In this document: positions 45,833 to 54,387 of the stretch, piece after piece
How positions within the stretch are numbered: the first letter of the stretch is position 1
Layout: the number at the start of each line of letters is the position of its first letter
Program-made: the position numbers and the translations under genes
NCBI GenBank assembly: GCA_963768855.1
Contig: CAVYJM010000011.1
Coordinates: 320,001-384,000 of the forward strand
Direction: 5' to 3'
Length of the DNA: 64,000 bases
Source of the DNA: an uncultured Thermoplasmata archaeon
Lineage (GTDB): Archaea > Thermoplasmatota > Thermoplasmata > RBG-16-68-12
Notes under the pieces: model-generated
The model's database searches: none
What the model was told of the DNA's origin: nothing
What the model saw: only the letters and a program-made list of their open reading frames with translations

Positions 45833-46924
45833 TTGCCCACGTCTGCATCCCGATTCTGTCCGAACTGCGGCCGGCCCCTGTCTCCCGAACACCGATTCTG
45901 CCCGGCGTGCGGAACCGCCACGGGAGGCGCGGCCGCGACGCCGATTGCCGCTCCGCCCGCGGCGCCTCGTCCCGCTTATCCGCTATACCCTGGGTATCCG
46001 CCGTATCCCGCCTATCCACCAGGCTACTGGCAGCCGCGCCGGATGGCAGACTTCTCCAACATGTTCTCCGGCGTCTTCAACGTCTGGACGAAGAACTTCC
46101 TCGAGTTCTTCGTCGTCTACGTCCTCCTGGCGGCCGTGATCCTGGGCCTCACCGACTTGGGCGGGATTCTCCTCCTGCACACGCCGGTCCTCAGCGGAGC
46201 ATTCGGTGGGGTCACGACCGTGCCCAGTTTCACGAGCCTCGACCTCGGCGCGTTCGTTGCCTACGAGCTTCTCGTCGCCCTCGTCTCCTGGTTCTTCGGG
46301 AGCATCGCGATCGGGTCGATGACGGACTTCTCAGTGCGACGGTACCGGGGCGAGAAGGTCCGGCTCGGTGAGTCCTTCTCCCGCGGGTTTCAGAGGTTAC
46401 CGAGCGTGCTCGGTGCCAACTTCCTCGTGACCCTCGCGACGACCGGAGCGATTGTTCTCCCGCTCTTCGTCGCGCTCATGGGCGTCCTTTCGTTCGCCAC
46501 ATCGCCGGGCGTCGCGGTCGGCGTCCTGTGCGGCTTCGTCGTCGCGCTACCCTTCCTCCTGGTCCTCATCCTGTACCTGCTGCTCTCCCTCTTCCTGTAC
46601 GGACCCGCGATTATGGTGGAGGGTGCGGCCGCCGTGGACAGCCTCCAGCGCAGCTGGACCCTCACGAAAGGGTACAAATGGTCCATCTTCGGGACCGCCC
46701 TGATTCTGGGCATCCTGTCGGTTCTCTTCTCGGTCGTCGCTTTCGTCGTTGGGCTCGTGGCGGCGAACGGACTGGTCACCCTGGTGGCTTCCATCCTGCT
46801 GAGCGGCCTTACGGGAGGCTGGTTCACGATTCTGGCGGCGGTCGTGTACCACCTGATCATCCAGGATCAGAGGGCTGCGCCGTGGCCCTGGCCGTATCCG
46901 CCTGCGCCCGTCCCGCCGCGGTGA
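45833..46924 (+). CDS. Zinc-ribbon + multi-TM membrane protein
   Basis: TTG start with GGAGGG SD; FCPNCG..FCPACG, Pro/Tyr-rich linker, about 6 TM, SL.RSW.LTKG..W motif. Confidence 0.8.
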   Translation: MPTSASRFCPNCGRPLSPEHRFCPACGTATGGAAATPIAAPPAAPRPAYPLYPGYPPYPAYPPGYWQPRRMADFSNMFSGVFNVWTKNFLEFFVVYVLLAAVILGLTDLGGILLLHTPVLSGAFGGVTTVPSFTSLDLGAFVAYELLVALVSWFFGSIAIGSMTDFSVRRYRGEKVRLGESFSRGFQRLPSVLGANFLVTLATTGAIVLPLFVALMGVLSFATSPGVAVGVLCGFVVALPFLLVLILYLLLSLFLYGPAIMVEGAAAVDSLQRSWTLTKGYKWSIFGTALILGILSVLFSVVAFVVGLVAANGLVTLVASILLSGLTGGWFTILAAVVYHLIIQDQRAAPWPWPYPPAPVPPR

Positions 46925-46964
46925 AGCCTGAAGGGTAAAGAACCCGGGCCGCGCTCTCAGCGAC

Positions 46965-47891
46965 GTGCCCTGCAACCGGTGCGACACGCCCGCGGTCCTC
47001 TTCATCCGGTACAGCGGCGCCCACCTGTGCGCCAAGCATTTCCAGGAATACGTGGAGCACCGCGTGAAGCAGGAGATCCGCCGCGAGCTTGACCTGACGG
47101 GCGACCCGACGACGATCGCGGTCGGGCTCTCCGGCGGCAAGGACAGCAGCACGACCCTCGTACTCCTCCATGAGTACCTGGGCCGCCGGCCGGACGTGAC
47201 CCTCGCGGCGATCACGGTCGACGAGGGCATCGCGGGCTACCGGCCTCCGAGCCTGGAGTCGGCGCGCGCCCTCTGCGAAAACCTGGGCGTCCCGCATCAC
47301 GTGATTGCCTATCGGGAGAGCCAAGGATTCGAGATGGACCGAGTGGTCCGCGTCGATCCAGACGCGATCCCGTGCAGCTACTGCGGCGTCTTCCGTCGGG
47401 CCGCGCTGAACGAGAAGGCCAAGGAGATCGGCGCAAACTTCCTCGCGACGGGCCTCAACCTGGACGACACGGCCGAGTCCATCCTGATGAACGTGGCGCG
47501 GGGCGACGTGGAGCGCCTCGCCCGCCTCGGCCCGCACGAGCATGTCCAGCCCGGTCTCGTCCCGAGGCTCCAGCCCCTGCGGATGATCCCCGAGCTCGAG
47601 GTCTACCTGTACGCGTACCTGCGGAAGATCCCGTTCCACGATGCGGAGTGTCCGTATGCCGCGAGGGCGCAGCGCGGACGGTTCAAGGAGATCGTGCACC
47701 GCCTCGAGGCGGAGAGCCCGGGGACACGCCACGCGATCGTGCGCGGCTACGACGAACTGAGGCCGGTTCTCCTGTCCGCGTGGCCTCCCGCGACCCTCCG
47801 CACGTGCACGAGTTGCGGCGAGCCGACAGTCCACGAGATGTGCAAGGCGTGCGAGCTCCGGCTGCACCTCGAGTCGCTCGCCGGTGCGTGA
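46965..47891 (+). CDS. tRNA 2-thiolation protein (TIGR00269 / Ncs6-TtcA family)
   Basis: CNRC, SGGKDS PP-loop, CSYCGVFRR, TGLNLDD, ECPY, CTSC...CKAC. Confidence 0.92.
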   Translation: MPCNRCDTPAVLFIRYSGAHLCAKHFQEYVEHRVKQEIRRELDLTGDPTTIAVGLSGGKDSSTTLVLLHEYLGRRPDVTLAAITVDEGIAGYRPPSLESARALCENLGVPHHVIAYRESQGFEMDRVVRVDPDAIPCSYCGVFRRAALNEKAKEIGANFLATGLNLDDTAESILMNVARGDVERLARLGPHEHVQPGLVPRLQPLRMIPELEVYLYAYLRKIPFHDAECPYAARAQRGRFKEIVHRLEAESPGTRHAIVRGYDELRPVLLSAWPPATLRTCTSCGEPTVHEMCKACELRLHLESLAGA

Positions 47892-47903
47892 TCGTCACGC
47901 GCC

Positions 47904-49202
47904 TCAGCGGTGCAGCGCCATCGTCGCGGCGCGTGAGCGACCGACGGACGCGATGTCGACGCGAACCTTGAGCGCCGACTCCAGGTACGCCAGGTAGCGG
48001 CGCACCGGGGGCGGGAGCGCCCGCGAGCCCTTCTTCGCGATTCGGATCCAATCATCCTCAGGGAGTTCGGGCCAGCCCTTGAAGTCGCGGTACACGGGTT
48101 CGGCCTCCGCGAGGACCTTCGTCGAGGCGGGGAACTCCTTCACGGTCGTCCCGTGGTGGCGGTACGCCGTGCAGACCCGGATCCGGTCGAGACCGCCGAG
48201 CACGTCGAGCTTGGTCACCGCGAGACCCGTGAGCCCGTTCACCCGCACGGCCGCGCGGAGCATGACGAGGTCGATCCATCCGACCCGCCGCGGCCGATGC
48301 GTCGTCGTCCCGTACTCGCCTCCCCCGGTCTCTCGGAGATGGGTGGCCACGTCATCCTGTTGTTCCGTGGGAAAGGGCCCCGCGCCGACGCGGGAGGTGA
48401 ACGCCTTCGCGACGCCGAGGATCGTGTCGAGGTATCGGGGGGAGACGCCCGCGCCGGTCGCCGCCGCCCCCGCGGTACAGTTGCTCGAGGTGCCGTACGG
48501 GTAGATGCCGTGGTCGATGCAGAGGAGCGTCCCCTGGGCGCCCTCGAAGAGGACCCGCTTGCGCCGCTTCAGCATCCCGTCCAGGAGCACGGAGGTGTCC
48601 GTGACGAAGGGCGCGAGCCTCTTGCCGTACAGCGCGTACTCCGTGTAGATCGCCTCGAGGTCGAGGACGTCCGTGCCGCCGTAGGCCTGGATGAGCCGCT
48701 GCTTGATCGGGACGACGAGGGAGAGCCTCTCGCGCAGGGCGTCCGGATCCACGAGGTCGCACATCCGCAGGCCCCACTTGCCCACCTTGTCCTCGAACAC
48801 GGGCGCGATCCCGCGGCGCGTGCTCCCCGCGGCGAGGCTGCCCTTGAGGCCCTCCTCGAGCCCGTCGAGGATCTTGTGGTACGGCATGACGACGTGCGCG
48901 CGGTCGGAGATGCGGAGGTTCTTCGCCGGATGCCCGCGCGCCTCGACCTCGTCGATCTCCGCGAGGAGCTGCCCCGGTTCCACGACGACGCCGCCCGCGA
49001 TCACGTTCAGGGTGCGGGGTCGCAGGATCCCGGACGGCATGAGGTGGAACGCGTAGAGCTCGTCGCCCACCTGGACCGTGTGCCCGGCGTTCGCTCCGCC
49101 CTGAAAGCGAACCACGACGTCGGCCCGCTCCCCGAGGAAGTCGATGATCTTCCCCTTGCCTTCGTCCCCGAATTGGCAGCCCAAGACTACCGTGGCGGGC
49201 AT
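47904..49202 (-). CDS. purA: Adenylosuccinate synthetase
   Basis: GCQFGDEGKGK, GGANAGHT, EGAQGTLL.IDHG.YPY, EYGTTT.RPRR, TKLDVL. Confidence 0.97.
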   Translation of the reverse strand: MPATVVLGCQFGDEGKGKIIDFLGERADVVVRFQGGANAGHTVQVGDELYAFHLMPSGILRPRTLNVIAGGVVVEPGQLLAEIDEVEARGHPAKNLRISDRAHVVMPYHKILDGLEEGLKGSLAAGSTRRGIAPVFEDKVGKWGLRMCDLVDPDALRERLSLVVPIKQRLIQAYGGTDVLDLEAIYTEYALYGKRLAPFVTDTSVLLDGMLKRRKRVLFEGAQGTLLCIDHGIYPYGTSSNCTAGAAATGAGVSPRYLDTILGVAKAFTSRVGAGPFPTEQQDDVATHLRETGGGEYGTTTHRPRRVGWIDLVMLRAAVRVNGLTGLAVTKLDVLGGLDRIRVCTAYRHHGTTVKEFPASTKVLAEAEPVYRDFKGWPELPEDDWIRIAKKGSRALPPPVRRYLAYLESALKVRVDIASVGRSRAATMALHR

Positions 49203-49309
49203 GGCCGTCCTCGCCGAGAGGATGACCTGGGAGATAAGGAGCTTTCGCCCTCCATCGCCCGGCCGAGCGCCGCGGGTGAAAACGGAACATACTCCGGTCC
49301 GCCTACCGA

Positions 49310-50098
49310 ATGTATTTATCCGCAGCAACCGTTCGCCGTCCCACACCGCTCGGGCCGGGGGGTGCGGGTTCCACGTCGGAGTACATACCACTGGACAGTC
49401 GAGTGCCCACGCGCGTCGCCGGCCTCGATGACCGGCTCGGTGGCGGCATCCCCCGGGGTCACATCGTCCTCGTCGCCGGCCCGCCCGGATCGCTCAAGTC
49501 CACGTTCGCGTACCGGATCCTGTACCAGGAAGCGAAGGAGCACGGCGCCTCCTGCCTCTATCTCTCGATGGAGCAGAGCCGCGCCTCCCTCATCGCGCAG
49601 ATGACCTCCCTGGGGATGGACCCGGAGCAGGTCAAGGGCGTCCACATCATCGACGTCCGCGCCCTCCGCAAGGAGATCGAGGACCTCCGGGAACAGCCGC
49701 GGTGGCTCCTCGGCCTGCGCCGCCAGCTCGGCCGCTACAAGGAGGAGATGGGCTGCGACCTCCTCGCGATCGACAGCCTCGACGCGCTCTACGCGCTCAC
49801 GCCGATGGAGAACCCGCGCAACGAAGTGTTCCATTTCTTCGAGGAGTTGCGGGAGCTCCAGGCAACGACCTTCCTCGTCTCGGAGATGGGCCGCGACGAC
49901 GTGCGCCTCTCGCACTACGGCGTCGAGGAGTTCCTCGCGGACACGATCGTCCACCTGCGCCTCCGGGAGATCGACATCGGGATGAGCACCTCCGTCCGCC
50001 GATACATCGGCGTGGTGAAGATGCGCGGCGTGGACCACGACCTCGACTACTATCCGTTGCTCATTGAGGACGGCGGCTTCGAGATCGTGTCGGAGTGA
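49310..50098 (+). CDS. KaiC/RAD55-like RecA-superfamily ATPase (start uncertain, possibly GTG 49403)
   Basis: LDDRLGGGIPRG, GPPGSLKST, YLSMEQ, AIDSL, EEFLADTIV.L, VVKMRG. Confidence 0.88.
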   Translation: MYLSAATVRRPTPLGPGGAGSTSEYIPLDSRVPTRVAGLDDRLGGGIPRGHIVLVAGPPGSLKSTFAYRILYQEAKEHGASCLYLSMEQSRASLIAQMTSLGMDPEQVKGVHIIDVRALRKEIEDLREQPRWLLGLRRQLGRYKEEMGCDLLAIDSLDALYALTPMENPRNEVFHFFEELRELQATTFLVSEMGRDDVRLSHYGVEEFLADTIVHLRLREIDIGMSTSVRRYIGVVKMRGVDHDLDYYPLLIEDGGFEIVSE

Positions 50099-50119
50099 GA
50101 CCACGCGCGGGGTGGGACC

Positions 50120-51871
50120 GTGAACCTCCTCGGTGCGGCTCTCTCCCTGGCGGCCTTGGGCGTCAGCGCGTTCCTCGCGGTGTACGTCCTCGGGATGCAC
50201 CCGCGCTCGTTGCCGAGCCGCGCCTTCTTCGCCCTCATGATGACGTTCGTGTGGTGGGACGCCTGCGAGGCGGTCGAGCGGGCGCTGCCCGCCGGGACCA
50301 CGCCGTCCGCGGCCTTCCCGTGGACTCAGGGCGTGTGGCTCGGGATCAGCGCGGTGCCCGCCGCCCTGATGCAGCTCGCCCTCGTGTACCCGGAGCGGCG
50401 ACCCTGGTTCCGGCGCGAGTACCTCCCGCTGATCTACGCCCCCGTGGTCGGGTGGGCCTACCTGATCTTCGGGACCCGCCATCTGATCGCCGGTGTGGCG
50501 GAGGGGCCCCTCGGTCCCGGCGCAGTCGTCGGGGATAGCTACCTCCCCCTCGCTTCGGTCTACGCGGCCTGGTTCTACCTCAGCGTCGTCCTGTTCGCCG
50601 TGAACTGGTGGCGTCTGCGCGGGAGCAACCTCCGCCAGATGCAGGGCGTCGTCGTCCTCGGCCTGCTGGTCGGGTCCGTCCCCGCCGGCGTGACGGAGAT
50701 CTTCTGGCCCCTGATCGACGGATTCTCGGTCCGCCTGGGGCTGGGGTCCCTCTATACGCTCGTCTGGTCCATCTTCCTCGCGTTCGCCATCGCGCGCTAC
50801 CGCTACCTGGTCATCGAGCCCGTGACGGAGTCGCTCGGCGCGACGCGTGCCCGCCATCCGCTCTCCCGCGGGTTCAACTACCTCGTTCTGGAGCCGGGCC
50901 GGGCCGCGGGGATGGGGGCGTTCCGCGAGATCGTCTCGACGACGCCGGGGTTGTGCGTGACGGGCCTCGCGCCGGCTCGGATCGCCGAGCGGTTCGGGCT
51001 CGAGCGGACGCCCGTCCTGTGGATCACGACCGTCTCGGGCGAGGGGCGCACGGTCCGCCCGCAGGGGCTCGACTTCGAGCTCGTGCACACGGTCCTGAAG
51101 TTCCAGCGGGAGAACCCGGGGACCGCGATCCTCCTCGACGATCTGGACTACCTGGCCGCGGTGGACGGGTTCGAGGCGGTCGCCCGCTTCCTGAAGCGTG
51201 TCGCGAATCAGGCGAGTTCCTCGAGCGGCACGCTCATCGTGACGGCGGGCCACGGTACGTTCACGGCGGAGCAGGTCGCGGTGCTCGGCGGTTGCGTCGA
51301 CCATGTCCTCGACATCCCCGAGACCTCGAACGGGACGCTCGCCCCTTCGCGGGGTCACGCCCTCCTCTTCGTGCCGCAACAGGACGTCGGGGGCGTCCTC
51401 GCCCTCGTCGGCGCCAGCCGCGGCCTGATCGTGACCACGGAGCACCCCGCGAAGGCCCGCCGCCGGCTCGGAGAAGGCTTCGACATCCTCTGGATCACGG
51501 AGCATCCGGAGGCAGGGATCCTCTGCGCGCGACCGACGGCGCTCGACACGGAAGCCCGCCGCGCCATCAGCAATCACCTTTCCGCCCATCCGGGATCGGC
51601 CGTCGTCCTAGCGGGGCTCGAGCAGCTGTCCCTCTTCGCGGACTTCCCCGCCCTCCTGTCCTTCGTGAAGGACACGGTCGACGCGGCGTCCCTCCGGGGA
51701 AGCCAGGTCATCGCCGCGGTCAGTCCGAACGGGCTCCCCGCCCGGGAGGTCGCGATGCTCGCCCGCCGCTTGGATGTTCCCGCGGGCTCTTTTGTCAGGG
51801 GTTCTCCGGCTGGAGGGCTGTCCACAGCCGTTCCTGGAAGTCGAACTCCGATTCGAGGACCCGTTTCATGA
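50120..51871 (+). CDS. 7TM (HisKA_7TM-like) sensor fused to two DUF835 domains
   Basis: Seven hydrophobic helices ending FAIARYRYL; two DUF835-like units (GLCVT..P, VLWIT, ILLDDLDYL...GF..V..F; ILWIT, VVLAGLEQL). Confidence 0.85.
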   Translation: MNLLGAALSLAALGVSAFLAVYVLGMHPRSLPSRAFFALMMTFVWWDACEAVERALPAGTTPSAAFPWTQGVWLGISAVPAALMQLALVYPERRPWFRREYLPLIYAPVVGWAYLIFGTRHLIAGVAEGPLGPGAVVGDSYLPLASVYAAWFYLSVVLFAVNWWRLRGSNLRQMQGVVVLGLLVGSVPAGVTEIFWPLIDGFSVRLGLGSLYTLVWSIFLAFAIARYRYLVIEPVTESLGATRARHPLSRGFNYLVLEPGRAAGMGAFREIVSTTPGLCVTGLAPARIAERFGLERTPVLWITTVSGEGRTVRPQGLDFELVHTVLKFQRENPGTAILLDDLDYLAAVDGFEAVARFLKRVANQASSSSGTLIVTAGHGTFTAEQVAVLGGCVDHVLDIPETSNGTLAPSRGHALLFVPQQDVGGVLALVGASRGLIVTTEHPAKARRRLGEGFDILWITEHPEAGILCARPTALDTEARRAISNHLSAHPGSAVVLAGLEQLSLFADFPALLSFVKDTVDAASLRGSQVIAAVSPNGLPAREVAMLARRLDVPAGSFVRGSPAGGLSTAVPGSRTPIRGPVS

Positions 51872-52022
51872 AGAGGACGATCTGACCCTGCGGGTCGAGG
51901 CCGTTCCGGGCGCAGTACTCGCGGAAGCCGTGGAGGACCTCCCCCTCGACGCGGATGTTGTACTGCACCTTGGCTTTCCTCGGCGGGGGCGATCCTCGGG
52001 GCGCCACGGCCCTCCGAATCAC
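51795..52022 (-). CDS. Small ribbon-helix-helix (CopG-like) DNA-binding protein
   Basis: GTG 52022 after GAGG; KVQYNIRVEGEVLHGFREYCARNGLDPQGQIVLFMKRVL has a beta-alpha-alpha pattern. Confidence 0.65.
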   Translation of the reverse strand: MIRRAVAPRGSPPPRKAKVQYNIRVEGEVLHGFREYCARNGLDPQGQIVLFMKRVLESEFDFQERLWTALQPENP

Positions 52023-52030
52023 ACCGCCTC

Positions 52031-52099
52031 TATATCTACATTCTGTAGCATTTGCTATCTTTTTGTTCAAATCGTAGCCATTAAGTAAGTGATAATCAC
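52031..52099. promoter_or_regulatory. AT-rich divergent promoter region with three inverted repeats
   Basis: ctaca-ttc-tgtag (52036-52048), tagca-tt-tgcta (52046-52057), gtgat-a-atcac (52089-52099); TATA-like tatat and ttaag. Confidence 0.7.
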
Positions 52100-52134
52100 A
52101 TCTGGGAACGAGTGGGAGAGGAGGAGACCATCGG

Positions 52135-53196
52135 ATGACCGAGGCGACCCCCGCCCGGAACCGGCCGGCGACCCCCGAGGAACCAGGACTGGAACCCCCT
52201 GATTCGACGGTATCCGGCTCCACCGACGCCGACTTGCAGGCGGACCTGCTTGAGTCGCTCGTCGAGTCGGCGGACTACGTGGACGTCCGGAAACCACTCC
52301 CGGCCCGGAGTGGAGGGGGCCTGCTACTGGCCACCCCCGAGGCGATTCGGGACGCCTTCGTCACCGCATGGGAGGGCCTCTCCCATTCTCTCCATCTGGA
52401 GATCAGCGCGGCGCGCGCGCTCGACGGCGTGAGGGACCTCGTGCTCTACGACATCCCGGATGGGACCCGCAGCACGCTCTCCGTGCCCGCGGCGACGGAC
52501 GTCGAGACGGACGCCGGGCTGTATTGCCTCGCGCTCGTGCACACGCTCGCGTCGCTCGGAGCGGCGAGGACCGTCCTGCTCACGCACACGGTCTACAATC
52601 GCGAGCGCGGGCCCGAGGACACGAAGCGCTTCCTCGAGATCATGGCCCACGGCGTCGAACCCTTCCGCGGGTACACCCGGCGGCACAAGATCCGCGTGCA
52701 CCTCCACGGGATTCACGAGGGCTACGAACTCGGCCCCCTCCTCTCGAAGGCCTTCCCCGTCCCTGCGGCCCCCAAGTTCGATGCCCATTTCCTCCTGGAG
52801 TACGAGGAGGAATGGTTCCTGACCCCGCAGGGTCGCGCCCTGCTGGAGATGCTCCCGGACATCGACGTCGTCGTGCGCCACACGAAGCTCCAGGTGAGCG
52901 GCGGCTGGATCCCGATGAAGATGCGCAAGTCCGCGTACGTGTACTCCCAGAACGGGAGCCTGAACTCGAACTGGTCCTACGACGAGTACGCCTCGATGGT
53001 CGCCGTGGCCTACCTGGCCAAGGTCCTGCACTCCGGCGAGGCCCTGAGCAAGAAGTACGTCTCGATCGACGAGATCAAGGAGCGCTACCAGCAGCGGGAG
53101 ATGCGGCTCCAGACACGGGTCGTGCGGCTCAGGGAGAAACCGCGGAAGCTCTTCGTCGTCGGCTCCGCGACCGGCCTCATCCAGGTCTACGCCTGA
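52135..53196 (+). CDS. Divergent cis-prenyltransferase-fold protein (Rv3378c-like)
   Basis: YDIPDGTRS (cf. DGNRR/DGTRR), LGA..TVLLTHTVYNRERG, IRVHLHG, LPDIDVVVR, SAYVY, C-terminal KPRKLFVVG. Confidence 0.6.
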   Translation: MTEATPARNRPATPEEPGLEPPDSTVSGSTDADLQADLLESLVESADYVDVRKPLPARSGGGLLLATPEAIRDAFVTAWEGLSHSLHLEISAARALDGVRDLVLYDIPDGTRSTLSVPAATDVETDAGLYCLALVHTLASLGAARTVLLTHTVYNRERGPEDTKRFLEIMAHGVEPFRGYTRRHKIRVHLHGIHEGYELGPLLSKAFPVPAAPKFDAHFLLEYEEEWFLTPQGRALLEMLPDIDVVVRHTKLQVSGGWIPMKMRKSAYVYSQNGSLNSNWSYDEYASMVAVAYLAKVLHSGEALSKKYVSIDEIKERYQQREMRLQTRVVRLREKPRKLFVVGSATGLIQVYA

Positions 53197-53207
53197 GGCT
53201 GGCGCGG

Positions 53208-54326
53208 TCACGAGGCGGCCAGCAGGGCAGTGAGCAGGTCGTCGACGCCCCGGGCGTCTTTCGCCATGCCCCGCCAGTTGCCCAGCGCCTCCGCGTTCTC
53301 CTCTTCGAATTTCTCGACGGCCTCGATGACCAGCCGACGGAGCTGGTCGTTCTCCTCCCCGTCGAGGACGAGGGTGAGGCAGGCATGCCGTCCGCGCTCC
53401 ATGAGGAGCGTGTAGTTGCCATGGCGGATGGACTTGAGCCACTTCCCTCGCAGGGTCGGGAACGACGTGCGCATGAAGTTCGAGATCACGTCGAGCGTCG
53501 CGCTGAACGAGTCCGCGTCGATCATGCGTTCTTCCGGCTGGATTCTTGACCCGATCAGCGTGCCGTCGCTGAAGGTGAGGAAGGCGCCCTTCACATCGTA
53601 GGTCGAAGCCTTCTTCCGCCGGAGGGCGTCGTTCAGCCTCCGGCTGGCGGACGGGCTCGTCGCAAAGAAGATCAGGAATCCGGGGACGGCGAGAAAGGTC
53701 GAGAACAACGGAGGCTGGCCCGGGGAGTCCTCGAGGCCGAGCACCGCGTTCGAGAACGTGCCCGCCAGGAGGGCGGCGACGAAGCCAACGAGGATCGCCT
53801 CGATCCGATGCGCGAGTTTGGGACTCTGGCCGTGGACTTCGAAGACCGTCCGCCCGATTTGGGCCAGAGCGACCAGCCAGCACGCGGCAACAAACAGGAG
53901 CCACGGAAGATACCAATCCAGGTTGTACTGGGGGACCCGCGGGACCGGGCCCGGCGGGAGGGGCGGGAATCCGGCGAACATGTGTGTCGGGAACGAGACG
54001 ATGAAGAACGCGGCGGGGACGAAGACCAGGAGCGACACACGGCGGAACCGGCCGTGGAACGCCATCCCATAGAGGAGCAGGAACACGCTCCCCACGGTGA
54101 GGCAGGTCAGGGAGACGCTGGCCTCGAGCGTCAGGTCCGCACCTGGGGGCATGTTGAAGAAGATCGCATCGCCCAGGGCGTACCCTCCCGTCAGCGTGCA
54201 GAGGAGGACGAAGAACAACTCGGTCCACGTCCGGTACCGCTCCTGATACGTGAGGTACCCCGCCAGGGAGAACCAGATCCCCGCACTGACCAGGGGGGCC
54301 CAGAACAGGAAGTCGTACGCGGACAT
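53208..54326 (-). CDS. 7TM sensor-like protein fused to roadblock/longin-like domain (paralog 1)
   Basis: YRTWTELFF motif, 7 TM; C-terminal AFL...DGTLIGS...DADSFSATLDVISNFMRTSFP...GEENDQLRR. Confidence 0.85.
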   Translation of the reverse strand: MSAYDFLFWAPLVSAGIWFSLAGYLTYQERYRTWTELFFVLLCTLTGGYALGDAIFFNMPPGADLTLEASVSLTCLTVGSVFLLLYGMAFHGRFRRVSLLVFVPAAFFIVSFPTHMFAGFPPLPPGPVPRVPQYNLDWYLPWLLFVAACWLVALAQIGRTVFEVHGQSPKLAHRIEAILVGFVAALLAGTFSNAVLGLEDSPGQPPLFSTFLAVPGFLIFFATSPSASRRLNDALRRKKASTYDVKGAFLTFSDGTLIGSRIQPEERMIDADSFSATLDVISNFMRTSFPTLRGKWLKSIRHGNYTLLMERGRHACLTLVLDGEENDQLRRLVIEAVEKFEEENAEALGNWRGMAKDARGVDDLLTALLAAS

Positions 54327-54387
54327 GCGGGTTCCTCGATTCTTCAGTCCCCGTTGTGTCTTAAGCATTTAGTGTTCGAGTTCGGCC

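Noticed and set aside
49470-49510. Walker A variant GPPGSLKST in the KaiC-like ATPase
   Set aside because: Lys and Ser/Thr are retained, and similar variants occur in archaeal KaiC/RAD55-like families; this is not evidence of inactivity.
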